64,000 bases of DNA, from positions 12,769-76,768 of the forward strand of contig CAXMSN010000001.1 of the NCBI GenBank assembly GCA_964196275.1, read 5' to 3'. The notes below the pieces were generated by a model. That model did no database searches. It saw only the letters and a program-made list of their open reading frames with translations, and was not told the origin of the DNA. The position numbers and the translations under genes were made by a program. This DNA is from an uncultured Kiloniellales bacterium (GTDB lineage Bacteria > Actinomycetota > Acidimicrobiia > Spongiisociales > UBA5794). Below, piece by piece: positions 46,871 through 56,464 of the stretch (the stretch's first letter is position 1; each line of letters begins with the position of its first letter).

Positions 46871-48031
46871 ATGGGGCCGTTCATAATGATCGCGGGCATC
46901 ATCCTCATGATCGTGATCCATGAGGGCGGGCACTTCGTCGCCGCGAAGTACTTCGGTATGAAGGCCACCGAGGCGTTCTTCGGGTTTGGCCCGCGCCTGT
47001 GGTCGACCCAGCGAGGTGAGACAGAGTACGGAATCAAGGCGATTCCCTTCGGCGGATATGTCCGCATCATCGGGATGAACCCCTTCGAAGAGGTTGCCCC
47101 AGAAGAAGAGGGTCGTACGTATCGCGTTGCCGCGTTCTGGAAGAAATCCGTCGTGGTCCTCGCTGGGATCGCGAGCCATTTCGTTGTTGCGTTCACGATC
47201 CTGTTCCTGGTCGGTCTGATCTATGGAACGGTCGCTCGCGATGCCGACGATCTCGTACTGCTTACCACGACCATCGGAGACGTCTCGGAGACGGTTCTGG
47301 ACGGCTCCGAGACGTCACCCGCAGCGATGGCTGGCGTCGATGTCGACGATGTGATCGTGGCGACCGACGGGGTTCCTGTGGCGACATGGGACGACTTCGC
47401 TGACTTCACAGCTTCGCGGCCAGGCGAGGCGGTGGTGATCGGTGTCGAACGCGATGGCGAGCGGTTGGACCTCAGCACCACCTTGGCAATGGTGGAGCGA
47501 CCGAAAAGGGACGATCAGCGAAATATCATCCTTGACGCTGACAATGAACCCGTCCTTGAGACGGTCGGCTTCTTCGGTGTGACGCCGCTTGCGGATCGCG
47601 AATACCACGGACCGATTGGGATGATCGGCGTGGCCGTCGGGCAGATGGGCGAAGCGATTGTCCAGAGCGTCAACGGGCTTTGGCAGATGGTTGTCGGGTT
47701 CCCCAAGCTCCTGATGGCGACGTTCGGTGGGGATGACGAGATCCTGGAAACGGTCCGGCCCGTGTCTCCCATCGGTCTTGTGAAACTCGCGGGTCCTGTC
47801 GAGAGCACCCTCATATTGCTTGCCCTTGTGAACATCTTCGTCGGGGTCCTGAACTTCGTCCCGCTGTATCCCCTCGACGGTGGACACTTCGCTGTTGCGC
47901 TCTACGAGAAGATCACGGGTCGCGTCCCGGCTGTGGAGAAGATGATGCCCGTGGCAGCTGCCGTCTTCATCTTCCTCGTGAGTCTGGGCCTCATGGGCCT
48001 GTACTTCGACACGTTCGGACAAGTGGGCTGA
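46871..48031 (+). CDS. rseP: RseP/Rip1 family site-2 zinc metalloprotease (M50)
   Basis: HExxH in the first TM helix (IVIHEGGHFVAAKY), a PDZ domain and a C-terminal LDGG motif. Confidence 0.85.
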   Translation: MGPFIMIAGIILMIVIHEGGHFVAAKYFGMKATEAFFGFGPRLWSTQRGETEYGIKAIPFGGYVRIIGMNPFEEVAPEEEGRTYRVAAFWKKSVVVLAGIASHFVVAFTILFLVGLIYGTVARDADDLVLLTTTIGDVSETVLDGSETSPAAMAGVDVDDVIVATDGVPVATWDDFADFTASRPGEAVVIGVERDGERLDLSTTLAMVERPKRDDQRNIILDADNEPVLETVGFFGVTPLADREYHGPIGMIGVAVGQMGEAIVQSVNGLWQMVVGFPKLLMATFGGDDEILETVRPVSPIGLVKLAGPVESTLILLALVNIFVGVLNFVPLYPLDGGHFAVALYEKITGRVPAVEKMMPVAAAVFIFLVSLGLMGLYFDTFGQVG

Positions 48032-48076
48032 CCACCTCCCGTTGACACGGGTGACAGCTCACTACGCTTCCAGAAG

Positions 48077-49288
48077 ATGACTTATCCACGACGAATCACA
48101 CGTTCGCTCCATGTTGGCGACGTCGAAGTCGGCGGAGGCTCGCCTGTGAGCGTCCAGTCGATGACGACGACCAAGACGGCGGACGTCGATGCAACCCTCG
48201 CTCAGATCTACGCCCTCGCGGGTGCGGGTGCCGACATCGTCAGAGTGACTTGCAATACCGTCGAGGCCGCTCAGGGCATCGCCGAGATGATGCCTCGCTC
48301 CCCGGTGCCCATCGTCGCCGACATCCACTTCCAGTACCGGCTTGCGCTTGCAGCCATCGAGGCCGGCGTCTCGGCGCTGCGCCTGAACCCTGGGAACATA
48401 AGGAACGAAGACCACATCAAGACCGTCGCGCGCGCTGCGCTCGATGCTGGGATTCCCATCCGCATCGGAGTGAACGCCGGGTCACTCGACAAGGACCTGT
48501 TGGCCAAGCATGGCGGACCCGTGCCCGAGGCGCTCGTCGAATCCGCGTTGCTGGAGATCAAGTACCTCAACGATGTCGATTTCCACGACATCAAGATCTC
48601 CGTCAAGCATTCGAACGTACCGCTCATGATCGAGTCGTATCGGCTTCTCGCCGACACGGTCGACTACCCGCTGCATCTCGGCGTGACCGAGGCGGGCCCG
48701 CCTCCGGGTGGATTGATCAAGTCGGTCGCTGGCATCGCGACGTTGCTCAGCGAGGGGATAGGCGACACGATCCGGTTCTCCCTGACCGCGGATTCGGTGG
48801 AGGAGGCGAAGGCGGGGAGGTCTCTCCTCGAGTATCTGGGACTCCGTGAGCGCTCTTCGCTCGACCTCATAGCCTGCCCGTCCTGCGGTCGTGCCGAGGT
48901 CGATGTCATCAAGGTGGCATCGGAGGCGAACGAACGCCTCGAAGCGATGAAACTCCCCATCCAGGTAGCGGTCATGGGTTGTGTCGTCAACGGGCCAGGC
49001 GAAGCCCGCGAGGCCGACATCGGCTTGGCAGCCGGCAGAGGGAAAGGCCACTTGTTCATCAAGGGCGAAGTAGTCAGGGTCGTGCCTGAGGCGATGATGG
49101 TGGATGCCTTGGTGGAGGAAGCAGGTCTGCTTGCCGAGCAGGGCGTCGAGGCCCGCATTGCGGCTGCCGATGTCACCGCAGCCGACCTCGCTCAGGAGAC
49201 ACGGCTGGAGTTACTGACCTCCCAGGGCGACATCAACCACGCCGCCGAACGCCGAGCCGCCGTGAAAGAAGTAGCGAGCGACTCGTAA
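48077..49288 (+). CDS. ispG: 4-hydroxy-3-methylbut-2-en-1-yl diphosphate synthase
   Basis: Starts MTYPRRITRSLHVGDVEVGGGSPVSVQSMTTT. [4Fe-4S] cysteines (CPSCGR...GCVVNGPGE). Confidence 0.9.
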   Translation: MTYPRRITRSLHVGDVEVGGGSPVSVQSMTTTKTADVDATLAQIYALAGAGADIVRVTCNTVEAAQGIAEMMPRSPVPIVADIHFQYRLALAAIEAGVSALRLNPGNIRNEDHIKTVARAALDAGIPIRIGVNAGSLDKDLLAKHGGPVPEALVESALLEIKYLNDVDFHDIKISVKHSNVPLMIESYRLLADTVDYPLHLGVTEAGPPPGGLIKSVAGIATLLSEGIGDTIRFSLTADSVEEAKAGRSLLEYLGLRERSSLDLIACPSCGRAEVDVIKVASEANERLEAMKLPIQVAVMGCVVNGPGEAREADIGLAAGRGKGHLFIKGEVVRVVPEAMMVDALVEEAGLLAEQGVEARIAAADVTAADLAQETRLELLTSQGDINHAAERRAAVKEVASDS

Positions 49289-49303
49289 CCGAGCAATGGG
49301 TAG

Positions 49304-50110
49304 GTGTCGGCTATGGGCCGAGGAGTTGGACAAACGGATCATGAGGGCAGACCCGTCGACTTCGGACGGACAGCCTCTGACTACGAGCAGTATCGCCCAG
49401 GCTTCCCAGACCAATTCTTCGATCGCCTTGAGAGCCGCGGCTGGATTGTCGCTGGGCAGCACGGCTTGGATCTTGGAACCGGTACAGGGACGGTCGCAAT
49501 AGGCCTGTCGGCTCGCGGGCTTGACATGACCGGTCTTGACATAGCGCCTGAGCTCCTCGACGCGGCACGACAGACCGCAGTGGACCGTGGCCTCTCGCCC
49601 CGATTTTTCGTCGGGAAGGCTGAGGCGACGGGTCAGACCGATGCGTCGTACGCTCTTGTGACTGCCGGCCAAAGCTGGTGGTGGTTCGACTCGGACGCCA
49701 CCATCCGCGAAGTGCACCGCATCCTCAGATCAGGCGGGCGTCTCGCGATCTGTGCCTTCAGTTATCTGCCGTTAGGTGGCACTGCCGCCGGTCGTACCGA
49801 GGATCTCATCCTTGAGCACAACCCTGGATGGACCAAAGCCGGCTGGCGAGGTGTACATCCTGAGCAGGTGCGAGCACTCGACGAGGGTGGCTTCACCGGG
49901 GTGGAAAGTTTCAGCTACACGGTCGATGTGCCCTTCACCCACGAGGCCTGGCGTGGCCGCATGCGAACATGCAACGGAGTCGGAGCGTCACTCGACGAGG
50001 GGGAAGTGGATCGATTCGACGGGGCTCTCGCCACGATGCTCGCCAACGAGTTCCCTGGCGACCTCACCGTCCCTCACCGCATCTTCGCCGCCAGCGGCAT
50101 CAAGCCTTGA
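49304..50110 (+). CDS. Class I SAM-dependent methyltransferase
   Basis: Motif I (LDLGTGTGTVAIGL) plus post-I acidic and motif II features. Substrate unknown. Confidence 0.65.
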   Translation: MSAMGRGVGQTDHEGRPVDFGRTASDYEQYRPGFPDQFFDRLESRGWIVAGQHGLDLGTGTGTVAIGLSARGLDMTGLDIAPELLDAARQTAVDRGLSPRFFVGKAEATGQTDASYALVTAGQSWWWFDSDATIREVHRILRSGGRLAICAFSYLPLGGTAAGRTEDLILEHNPGWTKAGWRGVHPEQVRALDEGGFTGVESFSYTVDVPFTHEAWRGRMRTCNGVGASLDEGEVDRFDGALATMLANEFPGDLTVPHRIFAASGIKP

Positions 50111-50114
50111 AGCC

Positions 50115-50170
50115 GCAGTACGTACCACGTAACACGTACTGCGTGATCCGGTAGTCCGTGGTCCTCTGCC
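50115..50170 (+). repeat. Composite TACGTA-hairpin plus GTAGTCCGTGGTCCTCTGCC element, copy 4
   Basis: Perfect 9-bp stem GCAGTACGT / ACGTACTGC around the loop ACCACGTAAC (50115-50142). It is followed by GTGATCCGGTAGTCCGTGGTCCTCTGCC. It lies in the MTase-proS intergenic region; CCACGGACC recurs at ~50192. Confidence 0.6.
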
Positions 50171-50210
50171 GAGCGCTATCCTCGCTCGAAGCCACGGACC
50201 CAGGAGACGC

Positions 50211-51914
50211 ATGCGCTGGTCGCAAGCTTTCATACCCACTCTGCGCGACGACCCTGCTGATGCAGAGGCGGTGAGTCACCGGTTGCTCGTACGGGCCGGG
50301 TACATACGGCAACTGATGGCCGGCGTGTACTCGATGCTTCCGCTCGGCCAGAGGGTCCGCACGAAAGTCATGAACATCATCCGCGAGGAGATCGATGCGA
50401 TCGGTGGTCAGGAGTTCCTCCTCCCGCAGATGCATCCCCGTGAGATCTGGGACCGCACAGGTCGCTCGGAGACGATGGCAGACATCATGATGTCCTTTCA
50501 GGACAACAAGGGTGCAGACATCATCCTCGGTCCCACGCATGAGGAGATCTTTGCGACCGTTTCGACCGAGTTGACCTCCTACAAGCAACTTCCGCAGCTG
50601 TGGTATCACATCCAGACCAAGTTCAGAGACGAGGCTCGGCCGAAGTCCGGCCTCCTACGTGTCCGAGAGTTCACGATGAAGGACTCGTATTCGTTCGACA
50701 TCGACGAGGCGGGTCTCGACCTCCAGTTCGATCGGCACTACGACGCCTACGTACGGATCTTCGAACGCCTTGGAATGAGCGTTGTCTCGGTCCGTGCTTC
50801 GTCTGGAGCCATGGGTGGCAAGGAATCTGTGGAGTTCATGGTCCGCAGCGACGTCGGTGAGGATGAGGTCGCACACTGCGCTGAGTGCGGCTACGCAGCC
50901 AACGTGGAGACCGCATCATCGGTGGTAGCACCGGTCGAAGATCCAGACGGTGAATTCGAACTCGAGCGGTTCGACACTCCCGCCGTCCGCACCATCGCCG
51001 ATCTCGAGGTCTTCGAAGGTGGTGCCTCGGCTGATCGACAAGTGAAGACGCTGGTATATGTGCTCGACGGCGACCTCGCGTTGGTACTCCTCAGAGGTGA
51101 CCACGTGCTCCAGGAGCAGAAGCTCAAGGACGAGGTGCGTGCGATAGTGGCGAGGCCTGCTCAGGCGGACGAGATCGTGAAACTTCTTGGTGCGGATGCC
51201 GGAAGCCTCGGAGCGGTCGGTGTCACGGACGTGCCGATATACGCAGATGCGGCACTCAAGGGCAGAACCTCGATGACGACGGGGGCGAACACCAACGACG
51301 TCCATGTTCGTGGCGTCGATGTGGAGCGGGACATCGGCGTGACTCAATGGGTCGACGTTCGTAGGGTGTTCGATGGTGAGCCATGCGTCGAGTGTGGCGC
51401 ACCGGTCAGCGTGTTTCCGGCCATCGAAGCTGGTCACATCTTCAAACTGGGGACTTTCTATGCCGAACCGCTCGGCGTGAAGGTGCTCGACAAGGATGGG
51501 AAGATGGTCCCCGTGGTGATGGGCTCGTATGGAATCGGAGTCGAACGTAACATGGCGGCCTCAGTCGAGGCGAACCACGACGACAAAGGGATTGTCTGGC
51601 CGATCGAGATAGCACCGTTCCACGTAGTGATCACGACAGTCCGACCCGACGACGAGGAAACCGAGCGTGTCAGCACCGAGATCTACGACGCGCTCGTTGC
51701 CGACGGTGTGGAGGTTCTCCTCGATGATCGTCACGAGCGCCCTGGGGTGAAGTTCAACGATGCCGAGTTGATAGGTGTTCCCGTTCGGATCACGGTCGGA
51801 CCGAGGGGCATCCAATCCGGGATCGCTGAAATCACTGAGCGTTCGACCGGAGTAAGCAGCGAGGTTGCTCTCGCTGATGTTGTCGCCGCCGTCAAGGACC
51901 TGCTCGCCGCGTAG
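50211..51914 (+). CDS. proS: Proline--tRNA ligase
   Basis: 567 aa, class II aaRS with an editing insertion. N-terminus MRWSQAFIPTLRDDPADAEAVSHRLLVRAGYIRQ. Confidence 0.9.
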   Translation: MRWSQAFIPTLRDDPADAEAVSHRLLVRAGYIRQLMAGVYSMLPLGQRVRTKVMNIIREEIDAIGGQEFLLPQMHPREIWDRTGRSETMADIMMSFQDNKGADIILGPTHEEIFATVSTELTSYKQLPQLWYHIQTKFRDEARPKSGLLRVREFTMKDSYSFDIDEAGLDLQFDRHYDAYVRIFERLGMSVVSVRASSGAMGGKESVEFMVRSDVGEDEVAHCAECGYAANVETASSVVAPVEDPDGEFELERFDTPAVRTIADLEVFEGGASADRQVKTLVYVLDGDLALVLLRGDHVLQEQKLKDEVRAIVARPAQADEIVKLLGADAGSLGAVGVTDVPIYADAALKGRTSMTTGANTNDVHVRGVDVERDIGVTQWVDVRRVFDGEPCVECGAPVSVFPAIEAGHIFKLGTFYAEPLGVKVLDKDGKMVPVVMGSYGIGVERNMAASVEANHDDKGIVWPIEIAPFHVVITTVRPDDEETERVSTEIYDALVADGVEVLLDDRHERPGVKFNDAELIGVPVRITVGPRGIQSGIAEITERSTGVSSEVALADVVAAVKDLLAA

Positions 51915-51988
51915 ACGCGTCGCGGTCACGAGGTTCGGCACCGCCGCCATCCTGATATACTGGCTTGACGAACCGAGATCTCTGCTGG

Positions 51989-52015
51989 GGTGGGCCGTGG
52001 CCCACCTTTTTGTTT
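51989..52015 (+). terminator. Rho-independent terminator downstream of proS
   Basis: GGTGGGCC-GT-GGCCCACC GC-rich hairpin followed by TTTTTGTTT. Confidence 0.65.
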
Positions 52016-52051
52016 GAGCAGAGTTCTCTTTGCTGTGTGTAAGGAGACATT

Positions 52052-52531
52052 GTGACAGGCGTCGCAGAGAGACTGTGGGGGACGATCGAACCCTACGTCG
52101 CGGCCGAAGGCGTGGAACTCGACGACCTCGAGGTACTCGGCGGCGGTCAGATCGTACGCGTCACACTCGATGCGAGCGAGCCTGTCGGAGTCGACATGAT
52201 CGCGGAACTCTCACGGGGAATCGGACGGCTGCTTGATGCCGATGATCCCATCAAGAGCGCATACACACTTGAGGTTTCGTCGCCTGGCCTTGAGCGGAAG
52301 CTCACTCGCCAGAGGCATTACGAGAAGTCGATCGGCCGAGAGATCAAGGTCAAAACCTTCGCCCCGGTTTCTGGCGAGAAGAGCCACAGCGGAGCCTTAC
52401 TTTCGGTGGACGACGCGGGGTTCGTAATCGATGTCGACGGTGAGAACCGAGAATTTACATATGGTGACGTCTCCTCGACACGGACTGTGTTCGTGTGGGA
52501 GAAGACGGCGCCCAAAGGGAAAGACGCGTAG
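52052..52531 (+). CDS. rimP: Ribosome maturation factor RimP
   Basis: GTG start with an AAGGAG RBS. 159 aa. Sits directly upstream of nusA. Confidence 0.8.
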   Translation: MTGVAERLWGTIEPYVAAEGVELDDLEVLGGGQIVRVTLDASEPVGVDMIAELSRGIGRLLDADDPIKSAYTLEVSSPGLERKLTRQRHYEKSIGREIKVKTFAPVSGEKSHSGALLSVDDAGFVIDVDGENREFTYGDVSSTRTVFVWEKTAPKGKDA

Positions 52532-52539
52532 GAGACACC

Positions 52540-53928
52540 ATGGACTACAACCTGATGGATGCACTGGAGCTTCTCGAGAGGGAGAAAGGTGTCCCACGAG
52601 ACACGATTCTCGAGGCGCTTGCTAACGCGCTCGTGTCAGCCTACAAGCGGACCCCAGGAGCAGCCGAAGAGGCTCGCGTAACGATCGACGCCGATTCCGG
52701 CGAGATCATCGTTTACGGCCAAGAGCTCGACGAGGACGGAAACGTCATTGAAGAGTGGGAGGACACACCGGGCGACTTCGGCCGGATCGCAGCGCAGACA
52801 GCCAAGCAGGTCATCCTCCAGCGGTTGCGCGATGCAAAGCGCTCCCAGGTGTTCGAGATCTACGAAGGCCGAGAAGGAGATCTCATCACCGGGATCGTTC
52901 AGCAGTCCGACCACCGGTTTGCGATCCTGGACCTTGGTGATGCTGAGGCAATGCTCCCCGGCTCAGAGAAGATTCCATATGAGCGGCTTGAGCGCGGCAA
53001 CCGAGTCAAGGCACTCATTCTTGAGGTCCGCGGTGAAGGCAAAGGTGCGCCAATCGTCGTGTCCAGGAGCCATCCCGAGTTCATTCGAGCGCTGTTCGCC
53101 CTTGAAGTGCCCGAACTCGTTGACGGTGACATTGAGATCAAAGTCATCGCACGCGAAGCCGGCCATCGGACCAAGATCGCGGTGGTCTCGCACGACCCGA
53201 ACGTTGACCCCGTAGGCGCGTGTGTCGGAGCCAGAGGTTCCCGCGTACGGCAAGTCGTGAACGAATTGAAGGGCGAGAAGGTCGACATCGTCGAGTGGGA
53301 TGACAATCCGAACTCGTTCATCGCCGAAGCGCTGAGTCCTGCGCGAGTGCTTGAGGTCAGAATCGACGAAGAAGAGCAGACCGCCATCGTGATCGTGCCG
53401 GACCATCAACTCTCACTCGCCATCGGCAAGGAGGGCCAGAATGCCCGTCTTGCAGCCAGGCTGAGTGGCTACCGCATCGACATTCGCTCCGAATCCCAGG
53501 ACCTCGGCCTCGATGTGCAAGAGGATGAGGAGGCCGAGTTCGAGACAGTTGCTGAAGGCGACGGTGCAGGAACGATGACACCAGCGGTCGAGGCTGACGA
53601 GACCGACGAGGCCGCCGCTGACGACGAGCCTGACGACGAGCCTGACGGCGACGCCGCACAGACTGACGCCACTGCTGACGATGAAGCTGAGGGCGATGCG
53701 ACTGATGACGAGGCCGAAGGCGACTCCGCTGACGAAACCGATGCGGTGGACGAGGAAGAGTCCGGCCAGGCAGATGCGGCTGATGAGGCTTCCGAAGTCG
53801 AAGATGCTGCGGAGCCTGCCGCTGAAGAAGATTCCGAAGAGGAAGCGCCGGCTGAACCGGTCGCTGACGATGGTGTCGATGCCGGGGAGGACGAACCCTC
53901 CGGTAACGACGATTCCGAGAACAAGTAG
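52540..53928 (+). CDS. nusA: Transcription termination/antitermination factor NusA with acidic C-terminal tail
   Basis: Starts MDYNLMDALELLEREKGV, with S1 and tandem KH domains. The C-terminal ~130 aa are D/E/A-rich (DDEPDDEPDGDAAQTDATADDEAEGD...). Confidence 0.9.
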   Translation: MDYNLMDALELLEREKGVPRDTILEALANALVSAYKRTPGAAEEARVTIDADSGEIIVYGQELDEDGNVIEEWEDTPGDFGRIAAQTAKQVILQRLRDAKRSQVFEIYEGREGDLITGIVQQSDHRFAILDLGDAEAMLPGSEKIPYERLERGNRVKALILEVRGEGKGAPIVVSRSHPEFIRALFALEVPELVDGDIEIKVIAREAGHRTKIAVVSHDPNVDPVGACVGARGSRVRQVVNELKGEKVDIVEWDDNPNSFIAEALSPARVLEVRIDEEEQTAIVIVPDHQLSLAIGKEGQNARLAARLSGYRIDIRSESQDLGLDVQEDEEAEFETVAEGDGAGTMTPAVEADETDEAAADDEPDDEPDGDAAQTDATADDEAEGDATDDEAEGDSADETDAVDEEESGQADAADEASEVEDAAEPAAEEDSEEEAPAEPVADDGVDAGEDEPSGNDDSENK

Positions 53929-53954
53929 AGATCTGAAAAGCGCATTGCGCGGAG

Positions 53955-56048
53955 GTGAGCGTGCCCAAAGTACGCGTATACGAGCTTGCACGTGAGCTCG
54001 GCGAAGAATCGAAGGATGTGCTTGCGCGCGCCCAGGAGCTCGGCGTAGAAGTCAAGACAGCATCCTCAGGCCTTGACGAGGACGCTGCTGCTCTCGTGAA
54101 GATGTCCTATGACGACACGGAGAAATCGGCGAAACAGCCGGCGTCAGATGACGCAGTCGAACCTGTCTCCGAGTCCGAAGCACAAGAGCCGGACGCGCCA
54201 GCATCGGAGTCGGACGCGCAACCGTCCGATGACGAGGATCAGGATGTTGAAGGCGCCGACGAGGTCGACGACGACGAGGAGAAGGTCCTTCTCGTCGAGC
54301 CGGGGATCACCGTCCACGACCTCGCACGGTTGGTCAAGATCCGCACAGCTGACATAGTCAAGACGCTCATGTTCATGGGAGAGATGGTGCCTGGCGGGGG
54401 AGAGATCCCCGTTGCAGCCCTTGGACCGCTCGGCAAGGAACTCGGTTGGGAGATCCTGGTGGCCGAGACCGATGAGGACGAGGAGCCGCAGGGCAGACAA
54501 CGCCATCTGATCGAGTTCGAAGACGCTCCCGACAGCCTCGTCGGGAGACCACCGATCGTGACGGTGATGGGCCACGTCGACCACGGAAAGACACAACTTC
54601 TCGACACGATCCGCGAAGCCAATGTGATCGAGGGTGAAGCAGGTCGCATCACCCAGCACATCGGTGCCTACCAGGTAGACCACAACGGCTCGCCGATCAC
54701 GTTCATCGACACGCCAGGTCACGAGGCGTTCACTGCGCTCAGGGCCCGCGGCGCAGAGGTCACTGATATCGCCATCATCGTGGTTGCCGCGGATGACTCT
54801 GTGATGCCACAAACAGCGGAAGCCATCAGCCACGCACAGGCTGCCGAGGTCCCGATCATCGTTGCGATCAACAAGATGGATCTTGAGGCTGCTGACCCGT
54901 TTGCTGTCAGAGCTGCGCTGACAAAGCACGAGATCGTCGTCGAAGACCTCGGCGGGGAGGTGCCAGCCATAGAGATCTCTGCGCTGGTGGGAACGGGCGT
55001 CGAAGATCTTCTCGAGATGGTCTCGCTCGTGTCCGAGGTTGAAGAGCTCACGGCGAACCCGAAGGCTCCGGCTATCGGAACGGTGATCGAGGCCCAGATC
55101 GAGGTCGGAAGAGGACCGATCGCCACCGTCATCGTCCAGCGCGGGACGTTGAAGCGAGGCGACGCACTGGTTGCTGGCCCTGTGTCGGGAAGGGTTCGTG
55201 CAATGTTCAACGACAAAGGCGAGCAGGTCAATGAGGCAGGACCGTCGACGCCCGTTGTTGTCTCAGGCTGGGACGAAGTTCCAACCGCCGGGGACATGTT
55301 CGAGGTGGCAAAGAACGAGCGAACGGCTCGCAAACTAGCTCAAGTCAAGGTCGACGAACTGCGAGCGAATGAACTCGTCGTCCCGTCGGCCATCGACAGG
55401 CTCGGCCAACTCATCGAGCAGATAAGGACCGAGGACTTCTCCGAACTGCGGATCATCGTCAAGACCGATACGCACGGTTCACTCGAAGCGATCAAGGAGT
55501 CTGTTCCGAAGATCGAGCGTGACGATGGATACGTCAGCATCGTGCACGCAGCGGTTGGGGGTATCACGGCCAATGATGTCGCCCTCGCCGAGGCATCGGG
55601 AGCGCTCATATATGGTTTCAACGCTCGTCCAGACGCTCCAGCACGTGCAGCAGCGAAGAAGACCGGGACAGACATCCGCACCTTCTCCATCATTTACGAG
55701 CTGCTCGATGACATCGAGCTCCTGCTCGTCGGCGAGCTGCACCCTGAGGTCGTTGAGAACTTCCTCGGCGTAGCCGAGGTGCGCCAGGTGTTCCGAGCAC
55801 CACGGCTTGGCATGGTCGCTGGATCGTATGTCACGGAGGGTTCCATCGAAAGGAACGCGAAAGTCCGCTTGGTTCGAGATGGCGTTGTCGTCTACGACGG
55901 AACGATCGTCTCGTTGCGACGGTTCAAGGACGATGTGCAGACGGTCGCCACCGGCTACGAGTGCGGTATCGGCCTTGCGAAGTTCCGAGACATCAAAGAG
56001 GGCGACACCATCGAGTCCTACCAGGTCCGTGAGATCGCTCGTACATAG
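53955..56048 (+). CDS. infB: Translation initiation factor IF-2
   Basis: GTG start. Acidic N-terminal region, then a G domain (GHVDHGKTQLLD, DTPGHEAF, NKMD). Confidence 0.9.
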   Translation: MSVPKVRVYELARELGEESKDVLARAQELGVEVKTASSGLDEDAAALVKMSYDDTEKSAKQPASDDAVEPVSESEAQEPDAPASESDAQPSDDEDQDVEGADEVDDDEEKVLLVEPGITVHDLARLVKIRTADIVKTLMFMGEMVPGGGEIPVAALGPLGKELGWEILVAETDEDEEPQGRQRHLIEFEDAPDSLVGRPPIVTVMGHVDHGKTQLLDTIREANVIEGEAGRITQHIGAYQVDHNGSPITFIDTPGHEAFTALRARGAEVTDIAIIVVAADDSVMPQTAEAISHAQAAEVPIIVAINKMDLEAADPFAVRAALTKHEIVVEDLGGEVPAIEISALVGTGVEDLLEMVSLVSEVEELTANPKAPAIGTVIEAQIEVGRGPIATVIVQRGTLKRGDALVAGPVSGRVRAMFNDKGEQVNEAGPSTPVVVSGWDEVPTAGDMFEVAKNERTARKLAQVKVDELRANELVVPSAIDRLGQLIEQIRTEDFSELRIIVKTDTHGSLEAIKESVPKIERDDGYVSIVHAAVGGITANDVALAEASGALIYGFNARPDAPARAAAKKTGTDIRTFSIIYELLDDIELLLVGELHPEVVENFLGVAEVRQVFRAPRLGMVAGSYVTEGSIERNAKVRLVRDGVVVYDGTIVSLRRFKDDVQTVATGYECGIGLAKFRDIKEGDTIESYQVREIART

Positions 56049-56071
56049 AGCCACTGTGTGAAAGGCGTCGC

Positions 56072-56464
56072 ATGGCACGTCAGAAGAGCCCCCGGATGCG
56101 GAAGGTCAACGAGCTCGTACGCGAGATCGTTGCGGAAGCCGTTCAGGACCTCAAGGATCCCCGGATAGGGTTCCTCACGATCACCGGAGCGGAGACGAGC
56201 CCCGACCTTCGATCAGCGGTCGTCTATTACTCGGTCATGGGGACCGAAGAGGAGAAGAGCGGTACCGGAGATGCCCTGCGCTCCTCAGCGTCGAGGATCC
56301 AGAGAGAGATCGGAGCGCAGTCGACGCTCCGGTACACACCGAAGCTCGAGTTCAGAGTGGACCCTTCCATCGAGGAGGGAATCAGAATCTCGAAGCTCGT
56401 CGCCGGACTGGATACCGGTGAGGGCACACAGACCGGTGAGGGCACACAGGACGATGACCGATAA
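56072..56464 (+). CDS. rbfA: Ribosome-binding factor A
   Basis: Starts MARQKSPRMRKVNELVREIVAEAV. Confidence 0.9.
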   Translation: MARQKSPRMRKVNELVREIVAEAVQDLKDPRIGFLTITGAETSPDLRSAVVYYSVMGTEEEKSGTGDALRSSASRIQREIGAQSTLRYTPKLEFRVDPSIEEGIRISKLVAGLDTGEGTQTGEGTQDDDR

